Counted from the first letter of the stretch, positions 9,507-19,002 are shown. The stretch is 41,443 bases of DNA from Caproicibacter sp. (GCA_036824225.1 DAITAP010000002.1:1-41443), one strand, 5' to 3'. Made by a program: numbers and translations. Notes: generated from the letters alone by a model not told the origin.

Positions 9507-10556
9507 TTATTCGGAAAAGATGATACAGACCGGGCTTTCCGTTTGAATCGTGCGTCCCGCATAACGCGGGATACCCGTTTCCGGATCAATCCGGAAAGCA
9601 ACGATCGTATCGCTGTCCTCGTTCGCAGCATAGAGGAGCTCTCCCGCAGGGTCCGTCGTGAGGAAACGCGGCGTCTTGCCTAGCGTTTCGGTGAATCCCA
9701 CGCAATGCAGATACCCCGTGAACGGATTAACGGAGTAGGTCGCAATGCTGTCGTGGATGCGGTTGGAACAATACACGAACCGGTTGTTCGGGTGCAGGAT
9801 GATCTCGCTGGCCTGGCCTTCCCCGGTGTAGGTGTCGGGCAGGGAGGGGAGAATCTGTTTGGGTGCGAGGGTGCCTGTTTTCTCGTCAAAATAGCTGAAG
9901 GTCACGTTGTTTCCCTTTTCGTTGACCTGATAGACATAGTGGTTGTTTCCATGGATCGCGACATGGCGCGGTTCGTCAAGCTTGCGGGAAGGGACCCGGC
10001 ATGTCAGCGTGAGAGATCCGTCCGCTTCGATCCGGAAAACATTCGTCTGGCCGAACCCGGTGGCGCGGCCCTGGGCGGGGACGAAAAGGAAGGATTGGCT
10101 CCGGTCCAGAATGCACTGATGGGGAAGAGAGACGGCTCCTTCACCGTTTCCCGGAATGACCGTTTCGTGAATGGGGTCGGAGAGACTCCCGTCGTCGTTC
10201 CTCACAAGGGTGGAAACTTTTCCTCCCTGCAGGGTAGCGACAAAGCAGTAGCGGTTCGTCTTGTCCACCGAAAGGAAGACGGGGTTTTTCCCGCCCGCCT
10301 TGGCGGAATTCAGAAACTTCAGCTTTCCGGTCACCCGGTCGATTCGATAGGCACTGACAAAATCCTTGTCCCCGTGTACCGTATACAGGAAATTCCCGCT
10401 CCGGTCGAAACACTGGTAGGACGGGTTTTCAATATTTCCGACCAGCTGGATTTCCTGCCACTCGATCGTTTTGTGGTCGACGCGGTATACCTTCAGCCCT
10501 TTCCCCCGCGCGTTCCTTTCCTTTGTCGTCCGGCAGCCGACATATGCGAAACTCAT
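9507..10556 (-). CDS. Beta-propeller lactonase (Pgl/YkgB, cycloisomerase-2 family)
   Basis: NPSY, PHQ, EPRH, VNE, CSNR.HDSI and TPR motifs; start ATG 10556 after GAAGGGA. Confidence 0.9.
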   Translation of the reverse strand: MSFAYVGCRTTKERNARGKGLKVYRVDHKTIEWQEIQLVGNIENPSYQCFDRSGNFLYTVHGDKDFVSAYRIDRVTGKLKFLNSAKAGGKNPVFLSVDKTNRYCFVATLQGGKVSTLVRNDDGSLSDPIHETVIPGNGEGAVSLPHQCILDRSQSFLFVPAQGRATGFGQTNVFRIEADGSLTLTCRVPSRKLDEPRHVAIHGNNHYVYQVNEKGNNVTFSYFDEKTGTLAPKQILPSLPDTYTGEGQASEIILHPNNRFVYCSNRIHDSIATYSVNPFTGYLHCVGFTETLGKTPRFLTTDPAGELLYAANEDSDTIVAFRIDPETGIPRYAGRTIQTESPVCIIFSE

Positions 10557-10827
10557 ATGGACCATCCCTTCATTTTTTATAAATTCTATTCACAGAAAAT
10601 GCAACAAATTTTGCGATACAGCCTCGCGGCTTCGCGCCCCGGGAACCGTCTTCCGAAAAGCGATGGCCTATCGAAACCCGCGCGGGCGCAACGGTCCTGT
10701 CGCCGCTGCTGTCTGCTCAGATCCTTCGTAGGCCATATGTGCATGATTTGAATCCCGTTTAAAAATTTCCGGTCAAAATCCGTGAACTCATAATCCAACG
10801 GCAAAGCTAAGTGTTATCGCCCTGTTA

Positions 10828-10849
10828 CAGATCAGGCGCAGATCAGGCG
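10828..10849. repeat. Exact 11-bp tandem duplication at the permease stop codon
   Basis: CAGATCAGGCG x2. Confidence 0.9.
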
Positions 10850-12106
10850 GTAAACGCCGGTGACTCCGAGCACAAACACGATGACGAGGGCGACGAAAGC
10901 CCAGACCCAGTATTCGACGAAGACCTTGTTGATGTCGTATTTTTTCTCCGAACCCGGCTGGGTGGAAAGCGCCCCCATCGCCAGCGCACCGGCGGTGGAG
11001 ATCGGGCATACGCCCGTCATGGTTCCGCCGATGACGGCTGCGGCCGCCAGTTCAATCGGGGAAACGGCGCCGTTAAAGTGAGCGGCAATCCCGCTGACGG
11101 TAGGAACCAGCGTCGGGAATACGACGCCGAGGCCGGAGCTGAAGAACGACATGATGCCTCCCGTCAGGCCCATGATTGCACTGGCGGTGGCCGGGCTCAT
11201 GACGGAGCTCAGCGCGGTGGTAAGGGTGTCGATTCCCCCGGATTCCACGATGATGTTCATCAGCATGCCGACCCCCAGAACGTCCAGCAGCACGCCCCAC
11301 GGAACTTTTTTGATGCTCACGTTCTCATCCGCGACGCCGAAGAGCAGAATGACCGTACCCACGAGGAACGAAACCAGACCGACGTTTCTTTTGAGAACGA
11401 GGCTGCAGACGATCATGACGACCACTCCGATCAGGGAAATCACCTGGCTCCTGTTGAACCGGATTTTTTCCTGCGGCAGATTTGTTTCCTGCTTTTCGAC
11501 CTTCTCGATTTTCCAGCCTTTATAATAGACATAGGCGAGGGCGGCGAGAACCAGGGAAGAAACGAACATGCAGAGCCAGATGGGGAACAGGTTGTCGCTG
11601 ACCTTCTGTTTTGCCAGCAGGTTCATCACCAAAAGGCCCTCCGGCGTGATCGGCGTCAGCCTGCCGCCGAAGCATCCGGCTTCCCCGATCAGCGCGAGCA
11701 TGAGCGGGTTGTAGCCCGCCGAAAACGCGATCGGTACAGCCAGCACGGGGATGATCGCCAGGTTTGGAATGGAGCCTGGCCCGATTGCGGACAGTATAAA
11801 GCCGAGGCAGTAGATGACAACGGGGATGAACCAGACGGAGCGGTTGACGGAGACCGAAACAAACATCTTTGCGATCTTATCCAGCGTCCCGTTCTGGATC
11901 AACATGCCGAAAAGGTATGTAACGCCCGCCATCGTGACGAACAGGGAACCGCTGAACCCTTCGATGATGACCTTCTCCTTGACCCCGTAGATCAGGCTGA
12001 TGATCACAGCAAGGCCGATGGAAGCGATCCCCACGTTGCTTTTCCAGATACAGCCGACTGCAATCGCCACGATAAGCGCGATTAAGGATACGATGCCTAA
12101 ACTCAT
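10832..12106 (-). CDS. SLC13/CitMHS/MatC-like di- or tricarboxylate permease
   Basis: Many TM helices; NVGIASI, GVTYLFG...NGTL, PITPEG and CPISTAGA repeat motifs. Confidence 0.85.
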   Translation of the reverse strand: MSLGIVSLIALIVAIAVGCIWKSNVGIASIGLAVIISLIYGVKEKVIIEGFSGSLFVTMAGVTYLFGMLIQNGTLDKIAKMFVSVSVNRSVWFIPVVIYCLGFILSAIGPGSIPNLAIIPVLAVPIAFSAGYNPLMLALIGEAGCFGGRLTPITPEGLLVMNLLAKQKVSDNLFPIWLCMFVSSLVLAALAYVYYKGWKIEKVEKQETNLPQEKIRFNRSQVISLIGVVVMIVCSLVLKRNVGLVSFLVGTVILLFGVADENVSIKKVPWGVLLDVLGVGMLMNIIVESGGIDTLTTALSSVMSPATASAIMGLTGGIMSFFSSGLGVVFPTLVPTVSGIAAHFNGAVSPIELAAAAVIGGTMTGVCPISTAGALAMGALSTQPGSEKKYDINKVFVEYWVWAFVALVIVFVLGVTGVYRLICA

Positions 12107-12210
12107 TCAAATTACTCCTCCCAAATATTTTTTGACCCCTTTCGGATCTGTGACTAATTTAGTAAGCCCTCTCTTTTGAAGGCATAACAAGTCATCGCAA
12201 AATTATTCTT

Positions 12211-13571
12211 TTAGAAATACACTGCGAATATAGCGCTGGACAAAGCTAGAACTATGGCCCCGCCAATTCGTGAAAGCACAACCGCATACGGCATAAGCTC
12301 CAGGCGATCTGTGGCGCTCAGCAGTACGACATCTGCGCTTCCGCCTCTGTTCGCACAGCAAAGGCCCACGATGATGGAAGAGTCGATGGGATAGAACCCG
12401 ACCAGCTGGCCGAGCAGCCCAGCACCAAGAGCAACCCCGATGATGATCATAAACGTGACAAAGAAAGTCTGCGGGGTGAGCGCATTTACGAATTCTCCGA
12501 AATCGGTAATGGCGATGCCCATTCCGGCAAAGCACATCGGCCCCATTTTCTCCGTCACGAATTTGGAAAGATACCTGACCCCCGCGCAGAAATGTTCCGG
12601 GATGATCCCCAGAATTTTGGCAATCGTTAGAAAAACGACTAAGTAGGCATAAGGATGGATAATAACTCCCCCTATGTCGGGAAGAAGATATCCGCCGACA
12701 AAGCACGCCAAGGCATAAAACCCGCCTGTAATGACAAAGCCCGCCGCAATATCGGTCGGAGAAGGCTTTACCTCTGTCTTCGACTTAGCTCTTTCGCTTG
12801 CTTCCTGAACTTTGTCTCCTTCTTTACCCAAATGGCGAAGCAGCTGTGTTCCATCGCTGGCTAAGTTCGGGAAAGTCTTGCCCAGACGGCTGAGAATGAC
12901 TCCCAGGATCAGGGCGATCGTACTTCCCAGTGTCAGTATCGCAAGTGCAACAGGATAATACTTATCCTTTGAAATGCCTGTTACCCGCTGAAAAATTTCG
13001 CTCATGGGCACGGCACCCGCACCGTTTCCTCCGCCGAGGTTGGGAAGGACATAGTAAGAAAAGATTTTTCCCAAGTCCATCCCCATAAGGCGGCCGCCTA
13101 TAATTCCAAATAAGCCGGCGCAAAGAATGGTTCCGAGGAATACGGGGCCGCAGCGCGCCAGGGTTTTAAGCAGGATGTGTCTTTATCGACGGAAAGCAGT
13201 CCGCCTACCATAAGCAGCCCTACATATAGCTGTAAAAAGCCTATGCCGTCATAGAAGGTGGTGATCGACTCCACATATTTTTGGGGCAGCCATTTCATAA
13301 AGACCATAAAAGACGGAAACATGATCGCCATCATGCTGCCTCCGCCGAACCAATTGTTCCAGATCGGAAGGCGCTTTCCAACCTCCATGAAGATCATGCC
13401 CAATACAAAAAGTATGGCTAAGGTGGACAGCATGTCTTTGGTTAAGGATTGTGTATAAATGCCGAGGATTACCGGAACTGCGAGACCTATAAAAAGATAA
13501 ACCGGAACGCCGCTCAGCTCATAATGAAAAAAGCGGTAAGATAAAGACTTCTCCTCTCCAACATCCACCAT
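12211..13571 (-). pseudogene. 2-hydroxycarboxylate transporter (CitS/MaeN/CimH family), frameshifted near 13176-13181
   Basis: GGGNGAGAVP and NRGGSADV...SRIGGA motifs split over two ORFs; removing 2 nt restores a 452-aa frame. Confidence 0.85.
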
Positions 13572-13793
13572 AAAAAATCTCCTCCTCAAAATTATTTTTT
13601 AATAGGAAGACTTTGGAGTAAAACGATCGTGAAACGCGCCGCTGGTTCCTTTTCCTCCTTTCCCTTCATTGAAAATTCGTTCAGATAACGTAATATTCCA
13701 CAGGACGACCTGGTGGCTGTTTCGCTATTGGGAAATTATTTTATTTCCACGGTAAAGATCGCTGAAATTCTTTAGGTGAAAATTGGAGAAACG

Positions 13794-15737
13794 CTATGCC
13801 TTCTTCTGCTTCTTGATGTAAGAAAGCTGCCCTCCGCTGAGGATGATTTCGATTTCAATATCGCTCAAATCCAATTTTGTGCGGAACGACGTCCCTTTCG
13901 TCAGGTTGCGGATGGTGACCTTTCTGGATCTGATCTGGCTGTTCGAATCATCGATTTCCAACTCATCCCCGAGCGAGAGGCCGTCGTAATCCGCCGGATC
14001 CTGAAACAGAAGGGGGATTACGCCGTGGTTGATCAGGTTGTTTTTATGGATGCGGGCTATGGACTTTGCGATGACGGCCTTCACGCCCAGATACATCGGG
14101 CAGATCGCCGCGTGCTCTCGGCTGGAGCCCTGGCCGTAGTTCTCCCCGCCGACAATGATGCTCGTGCCGAATTCCTTGGCGCGCGATACGAAATCCGGGT
14201 CGTAGCGGCTGAATGCATACTGGGCGATCAGCGGGATATTCGAACGCATGGAAGAGAATTGCGCGCTGCCCGGGGTAATATCGTCCGTCGAAATATTGTC
14301 GCCCGCCTTCAGGCTGATTTTCGCTTTGATCCGTTCCGCGGGCGGCGTATTGATCGGCAGCGGCTTGATATTCGGCCCCCGGATCACCTTGACGTTGCTG
14401 CCGTCGGCGGGGGGCGCGATAATCATCGTGTCGTCGATCGGGTAATTCGCCGGTTCCCTGATTTCACCGAGTGCGGAAAGATCGCCCAGGATATCCGCGG
14501 GATCGGTGATGAAGCCGGTGATGGCGGTCGCGGCCGCCACCTCCGGGCTTACCAGATACAGCTTCGCGTCGGCTGTGCCTCCTCTGCCCCTGAAATTCCG
14601 GTTGGAAGTGCGGACCGAAACGCCGCCCGTCGGCGGGGCCTGCCCGATGCCCGGGCACGCCCCGCAGGCGATCTCGGTGATCCTGGCGCCCGAATCGACC
14701 AGGTCGGTGATGACGCCCTCTTTCAGCAGCTGCCGGAAGGTCTGGCGCGTTGCCACCGAAACCGTCAGGCTGACGTCGTCGTTCACTGTTTTGCCCTTCA
14801 GAACCAGAGCCGCCTTTTTGATATCGGCATAGGAGGCGTTGGTGCAGCTTCCGATATAGACCTGCTGAACCGGGATATCGTGAACCTCCGGGATCGTCTT
14901 TACGTTGTCGGGCATATCGGGGCACGCGATCAAAGGCTCGATTTTGGAAAGATCGAGCGTGATTTCTTCGTCGTACTCACAGCCTTCGTCGGCGCTCATC
15001 GGAACAAAATCCTTTTCGCGGCCCTGCGCCGCAAAGAATTTGCGGACCACCTCGTCCGCCGGGAAGATGGATGTGGTCGCGCCCATTTCCGCGCCCATGT
15101 TCGCGATCGTGCCGCGTTCCGGCACTTCAAGCGTTTTGACCCCTTCTCCGGTGTACTCGAAAACCTTGCCGAGCCCGCCTTTTACGGTGAAGCGCCGCAG
15201 CATTTCAAGCGCGACATCCTTGGCGGAGCTGCCGGGCCTCAGCCGGTTGATCAGATTGACCCGGATGACCGCGGGCATTTTCAGCCGCATGGGGAAGCCT
15301 GCCATGGCGACCGCCACGTCCATTCCGCCCGCGCCGATTGCCAGCATGCCGATCGCGCCGCTCGTCGGCGTGTGGCTGTCCGTCCCCAGCAGCGTTTTGC
15401 CCGGGATGCCGAAGCGGGAATAATGGACAGAATGACAGATGCCGTTGCCCGGGCGCGAAAGGTACAGCCCATATTTCTTTGCAATGGACTGCAAAAAAAT
15501 ATGATCGTCCGGCGTCTTATTGTCGACATACAGAAGATTGTGGTCCAGATAGCTCACGGAGCATTCCGTGCGGACGCGCGGAAGATGGAGTGCTTCAAAC
15601 GCGAGGTATGACATCACGCCCGTGATATCATGTGTCAGCGTCTGGTCTATTTTGAGATGGATTTCTTCTCCCGGCACCAGTTCTGCCGGAGAGGTCAGAT
15701 GCTTGCGGATGATTTTTCGAATCAGATTGTCTGGCAT
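13794..15737 (-). CDS. Aconitate hydratase, short clostridial/Aquifex-type
   Basis: DHN, GNGICH, GTDSHT, GSCTN, CGACPG, SNRNF.GR, STDDI, GSSREHA. Confidence 0.9.
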   Translation of the reverse strand: MPDNLIRKIIRKHLTSPAELVPGEEIHLKIDQTLTHDITGVMSYLAFEALHLPRVRTECSVSYLDHNLLYVDNKTPDDHIFLQSIAKKYGLYLSRPGNGICHSVHYSRFGIPGKTLLGTDSHTPTSGAIGMLAIGAGGMDVAVAMAGFPMRLKMPAVIRVNLINRLRPGSSAKDVALEMLRRFTVKGGLGKVFEYTGEGVKTLEVPERGTIANMGAEMGATTSIFPADEVVRKFFAAQGREKDFVPMSADEGCEYDEEITLDLSKIEPLIACPDMPDNVKTIPEVHDIPVQQVYIGSCTNASYADIKKAALVLKGKTVNDDVSLTVSVATRQTFRQLLKEGVITDLVDSGARITEIACGACPGIGQAPPTGGVSVRTSNRNFRGRGGTADAKLYLVSPEVAAATAITGFITDPADILGDLSALGEIREPANYPIDDTMIIAPPADGSNVKVIRGPNIKPLPINTPPAERIKAKISLKAGDNISTDDITPGSAQFSSMRSNIPLIAQYAFSRYDPDFVSRAKEFGTSIIVGGENYGQGSSREHAAICPMYLGVKAVIAKSIARIHKNNLINHGVIPLLFQDPADYDGLSLGDELEIDDSNSQIRSRKVTIRNLTKGTSFRTKLDLSDIEIEIILSGGQLSYIKKQKKA

Positions 15738-15823
15738 GAAAAGTAATTCCCTCCGTTATTTAAAATGATTTTACAAGCAGTTCCTGATCAAGCTTTGGAA
15801 TCTTTCGTGAAAAGTGCCCAAGA

Positions 15824-15841
15824 TTGTGCAATTTGTAACAA
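15824..15841. promoter_or_regulatory. Rex-like operator at the aconitase transcription start
   Basis: TTGTGCA-ATTT-GTAACAA versus clostridial Rex consensus TTGTTAA-N4-TTAACAA. Confidence 0.4.
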
Positions 15842-15849
15842 CTGACTTT

Positions 15850-15918
15850 ATCATAGCATCACTATAATTTTTGTAAAATGCCAATATTAATATGGGTAAT
15901 ATAGATAAAATTGTATAA
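15850..15918 (-). promoter_or_regulatory. Aconitase-operon promoter with tandem candidate LysR boxes
   Basis: TTTACA-16-TATGAT (TG-extended) preceded by ATA-N10-TAT and ATA-N10-CAT; 30/47 identical to 17260-17306. Confidence 0.7.
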
Positions 15919-15974
15919 CAGAGCTGAAAAAGCAATTGTGCATGTCAAAAAGATTAAAATTTGTCTATTTTATA

Positions 15975-15989
15975 TGTGCATAATGCACA
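15975..15989. promoter_or_regulatory. Perfect 7-1-7 palindrome, candidate operator
   Basis: TGTGCAT-A-ATGCACA. Confidence 0.35.
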
Positions 15990-16121
15990 ATAATGGAACA
16001 GGACAGATTTTTCGTTACAGATGCAAAATGAATCATGAGATCCATACAGAAAAAAGCATATGGAAGCGTCTGTGTTCCCTGTGGAACAGGGACACGGCAG
16101 ACGATATTCCGCGAAAAGAAT

Positions 16122-16159
16122 AAGACACCCGGGCTCCAACTTTGGAGCCCGGGTGTCTT
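16122..16159 (-). terminator. Terminator of the LysR gene
   Basis: Perfect 18-bp inverted repeat AAGACACCCGGGCTCCAA/TTGGAGCCCGGGTGTCTT. Confidence 0.8.
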
Positions 16160-16197
16160 TGGAATCGTCTGTCGTGGCGCGGCTGCCTGCCGGTTCA

Positions 16198-17184
16198 TCA
16201 GCCCGTCTCGGTGTTCATTCGGCTGTTTCCCCTGTGATTTCGAAGAAACGACATCTGTGAGAATACCTCGCCCGCAATTTCGAAAAACGACTCTTCCGCC
16301 TCGCTGAGATAAGCGTCCTTGCGGTAAAGGGCCAGAATATCCCATCTGACGGGCTGTCTCGCGAGAGAATAAATATCCACTTCGGCATCACATTTGGCCA
16401 GCTCGATGGTCATGGCTGGTACAATCGTCACGCCTATCCCCGCCGACGCAAGGCGGCAGGCGCATACGTTGCTGTCTATTTCCATAAAGACATTCGGCTT
16501 GATTTTATAAAAATCGAAAAGAAGGTCGAGAAAAGTCCGGAGCGCGTGTCCCTTCGTGAGAAAAATGAACGGAAGGTCCTTTATTTTATTGAGATCTACC
16601 GCATCGGGATTGCCGTCGGCCAGATATTCAGGCCTCACGACGTTTTTGGCGGCTACGAGGAACAGCTCCTCGCTGTAAATGCGCCGTGTCGCCAGGTTCA
16701 TTTCATTCTTTTTGTCCCGGCCTTTCTTATTGTTGTTCTGAAAAGGAAGAATCGCAAAATCGAGCTGCCCTTTCAGAATCCCATCCACCAATTTATCGCC
16801 TTTGCAGGAAGAAATCTGGACGTCGATGCCGGGAAACTTCTTTCGATAGCGGGGTAAAATCAGAGGCAGCATATAAGTGCATCGTTCAAACGGAAAGCCA
16901 ACCCGGATCCGGCCCTTCCTGTTTTTTGAAATGTCGGCCAGCTCTTTGGACATATTGTTCGCCATCATCAGAATCTGCCGGGCATACTTCAGATATTGTT
17001 CGCCGGCAAAGGTGAGGGAGAGCGGCGAAGTGGAGCGGTCGAAAAGCTGCACGCCCAGCTGCCCTTCCACTTTGGAGATAAAATGGCTCAGGGCCGGCTG
17101 TGAAATATAGAGCGAGTTTGCGGCCTTCGTGATGCTTTGGTATTCCGCCACGGTACAGATGTATACCAGCTGCTGCATATCCAT
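16198..17184 (-). CDS. LysR-family transcriptional regulator
   Basis: HTH SITKAANSLYISQPALS...LGVQLFDR; start ATG 17184 after AAGGGGG. Confidence 0.95.
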   Translation of the reverse strand: MDMQQLVYICTVAEYQSITKAANSLYISQPALSHFISKVEGQLGVQLFDRSTSPLSLTFAGEQYLKYARQILMMANNMSKELADISKNRKGRIRVGFPFERCTYMLPLILPRYRKKFPGIDVQISSCKGDKLVDGILKGQLDFAILPFQNNNKKGRDKKNEMNLATRRIYSEELFLVAAKNVVRPEYLADGNPDAVDLNKIKDLPFIFLTKGHALRTFLDLLFDFYKIKPNVFMEIDSNVCACRLASAGIGVTIVPAMTIELAKCDAEVDIYSLARQPVRWDILALYRKDAYLSEAEESFFEIAGEVFSQMSFLRNHRGNSRMNTETG

Positions 17185-17205
17185 TTTGCATACCCCCTTT
17201 CCAGC

Positions 17206-17234
17206 AAGGTACCACATTCATGCAATTCTGTCAA
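17206..17234 (-). promoter_or_regulatory. LysR gene promoter
   Basis: TTGACA-17-TACCTT with TG extension. Confidence 0.55.
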
Positions 17235-17259
17235 CAAGCCGGAGAATCGGAAAAAATAT

Positions 17260-17329
17260 TTATGTAATTTGGTTTATACCTTTCATACCCAAATAAGCAT
17301 TTTACTTAAAGCTGTTTTTCCTTTAAGAT
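17260..17329 (+). promoter_or_regulatory. icd-cit operon promoter with tandem candidate LysR boxes
   Basis: ATG-N10-TAT and ATA-N10-CAT, then TTTACT-17-TAAGAT. Confidence 0.65.
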
Positions 17330-17469
17330 AATTATAGTGAATTGTGCCCAATTTTTAGGTTTTAAAATCCCGATGTCTCTATGAAATTTGTATATACGAA
17401 TCGAACTTTAAATGAAAAATTTTGGACCTTGATGGAAGTATCATGGATCTGCTTAGGAGGGTTAATCAA

Positions 17470-18624
17470 TTGGAAGACATCAATAACGCCACGAAAAAAT
17501 TTGGCGAGCTGATTGAACAGGATCTGGCGCGGGTATCCCGCATGAAGGAAACAAACGAATTCACCGATTTCAAAGCGCTCGATAAAATCGTGATTGGCAT
17601 CCTGCCGGGCGACGGAGTGGGGCCTATTCTGATGAAACAGGCGCTGCGCGTCCTGCGAAGCCTGATTCAGACAGAGCTTGACAGCGGGCGCATCGAGATA
17701 CGGGTCATCGAGGGGATGACGATCGAAAACCGTGCAGCAAGGCGGGAATCCCTGCCCCCCGAGATTTTTGAGGAGATCAAAAAATGCAATGTTATCCTGA
17801 AAGGGCCGATGGTTACGCCGCGGGCCTCGGATCCCTGGCCAAATCTCGTGAGCGCGAACAGCCTCCTGCGCCGGGGGCTTGATCTTTTCGCGGCGGTCCG
17901 CCCCATCCGGATCCCTTCCAAAGGGATCGACTGGACTTTCTTCCGCGAGAATATCGAGGGAGAATATATCTGGGGCGACAAGGGGATTCAGGTGAACGGC
18001 GATCTCGCGGTCGATTTCCGCGTACAGACGAAGCAGGGCAGCGGACGCATTGCCCGCGCGGCTTTTGAATTCGCCAAAAACAACGGGAAAAAGAACGTGA
18101 CGGTGGTCACCAAGGCGAACATCGTGAAACTGACGGACGGCAATTTTGTGAAATCCGTCCGGGAAGCCGCAAAAGAATATCCGGGGATCACGGTCGAGGA
18201 GCGGCTGGTGGACGCAATGGCCGCGAAAATGATGAACCCGGCGTTCAATAAGGGGCTGGAGGTCTTTGTGCTGCCCAACCTGTACGGGGATATCATCACG
18301 GATATCGCCGCCGAGCATCAGGGCGGGCTGGGGAGCGCGTCATCCTCCAACCTCGGGAACAAATATGCGATGTTCGAGGCCATTCACGGTACGGCACCCG
18401 ACCTGATCGCTCAGGGAAGGGGAGAATACGCCGACCCGAGCAGCCTGATTCGCGCGGTCGGCATGATGCTCGGCCATATCGGCTATCCCGGCCTGAAAAA
18501 GAAGCTGGATGACGCCATGGATATCTGCACGATTACCGAGCGCCGGGTCGCCGCAACCACTCGAAAAGAGGATGCCACGGCCGGGGAATTCACCGATTAT
18601 GTGCTGGAGACCTTGGGAAGATAG
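17470..18624 (+). CDS. icd: Probable NAD-dependent isocitrate (or homoisocitrate) dehydrogenase
   Basis: S-x-N-x3-R (SANSLLR), RENIEGEY, TKAN, YGDIITD, HGTAPD; TTG start 9 nt after AGGAGG. Confidence 0.75.
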   Translation: MEDINNATKKFGELIEQDLARVSRMKETNEFTDFKALDKIVIGILPGDGVGPILMKQALRVLRSLIQTELDSGRIEIRVIEGMTIENRAARRESLPPEIFEEIKKCNVILKGPMVTPRASDPWPNLVSANSLLRRGLDLFAAVRPIRIPSKGIDWTFFRENIEGEYIWGDKGIQVNGDLAVDFRVQTKQGSGRIARAAFEFAKNNGKKNVTVVTKANIVKLTDGNFVKSVREAAKEYPGITVEERLVDAMAAKMMNPAFNKGLEVFVLPNLYGDIITDIAAEHQGGLGSASSSNLGNKYAMFEAIHGTAPDLIAQGRGEYADPSSLIRAVGMMLGHIGYPGLKKKLDDAMDICTITERRVAATTRKEDATAGEFTDYVLETLGR

Positions 18625-18702
18625 GATCAGTATCATTTTTCAGTCGCTTTTTCGAAGTGCTTCTTTGAAAGAGCGACCTATTTTTGGAAAGAAGGGTACC
18701 TG

Positions 18703-18999
18703 ATGAAGATCAAGCAAAGCGCGGTTGCCGGCACGATGGAGTCGAGCGATATCATGGTCACCATCGCCCCCAGCGACGGCAGCGGCATTCAAATCGAGTT
18801 GAACAGCACGGTGGAGAAGCAGTTCGGGCAGGAAATCCGCCGGGTGATCCGGGATACGCTGACAAAGCTTGGAATCGACAGCGCTTCTGTCACCGCGGTG
18901 GATAAAGGCGCGCTGAACTGCGTGATCCATGCGCGCGTGGAAACGGCCGCTCATCGTGCGTGCGGCGAGAACCATGCCGACTATGTTTGGGGTGAATGA
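18703..18999 (+). CDS. citD: Citrate lyase acyl carrier protein (gamma subunit)
   Basis: AGTMESSD with Ser14, QFG, DKGAL. Confidence 0.95.
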   Translation: MKIKQSAVAGTMESSDIMVTIAPSDGSGIQIELNSTVEKQFGQEIRRVIRDTLTKLGIDSASVTAVDKGALNCVIHARVETAAHRACGENHADYVWGE

Positions 19000-19002
19000 G
19001 AT

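Noticed and set aside
10586..10804. 72-aa ORF between the permease and lactonase genes
   Set aside because: TTG start without SD and no recognisable family; may be gene debris but unsupported
13650..13665. Strong SD-like AAAGGAGG on the - strand between the aconitase and 2-HCT genes
   Set aside because: No start codon follows; may mark a deleted gene but nothing else supports it
13776..15611. Long antisense ORFs (611 aa here; also 9705-10751, 10811-12085, 20057-21415, 21519-22787, 24563-25981, 28947-30701, 37058-38170)
   Set aside because: They lie opposite well-supported genes and show no family motifs; expected shadows of GC-rich codon usage
8241..15737. Leucine biosynthesis genes (leuB/leuCD)
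   Set aside because: No leuA or split LeuC/LeuD; the hydratase is single-chain and the dehydrogenase lacks the catalytic Tyr
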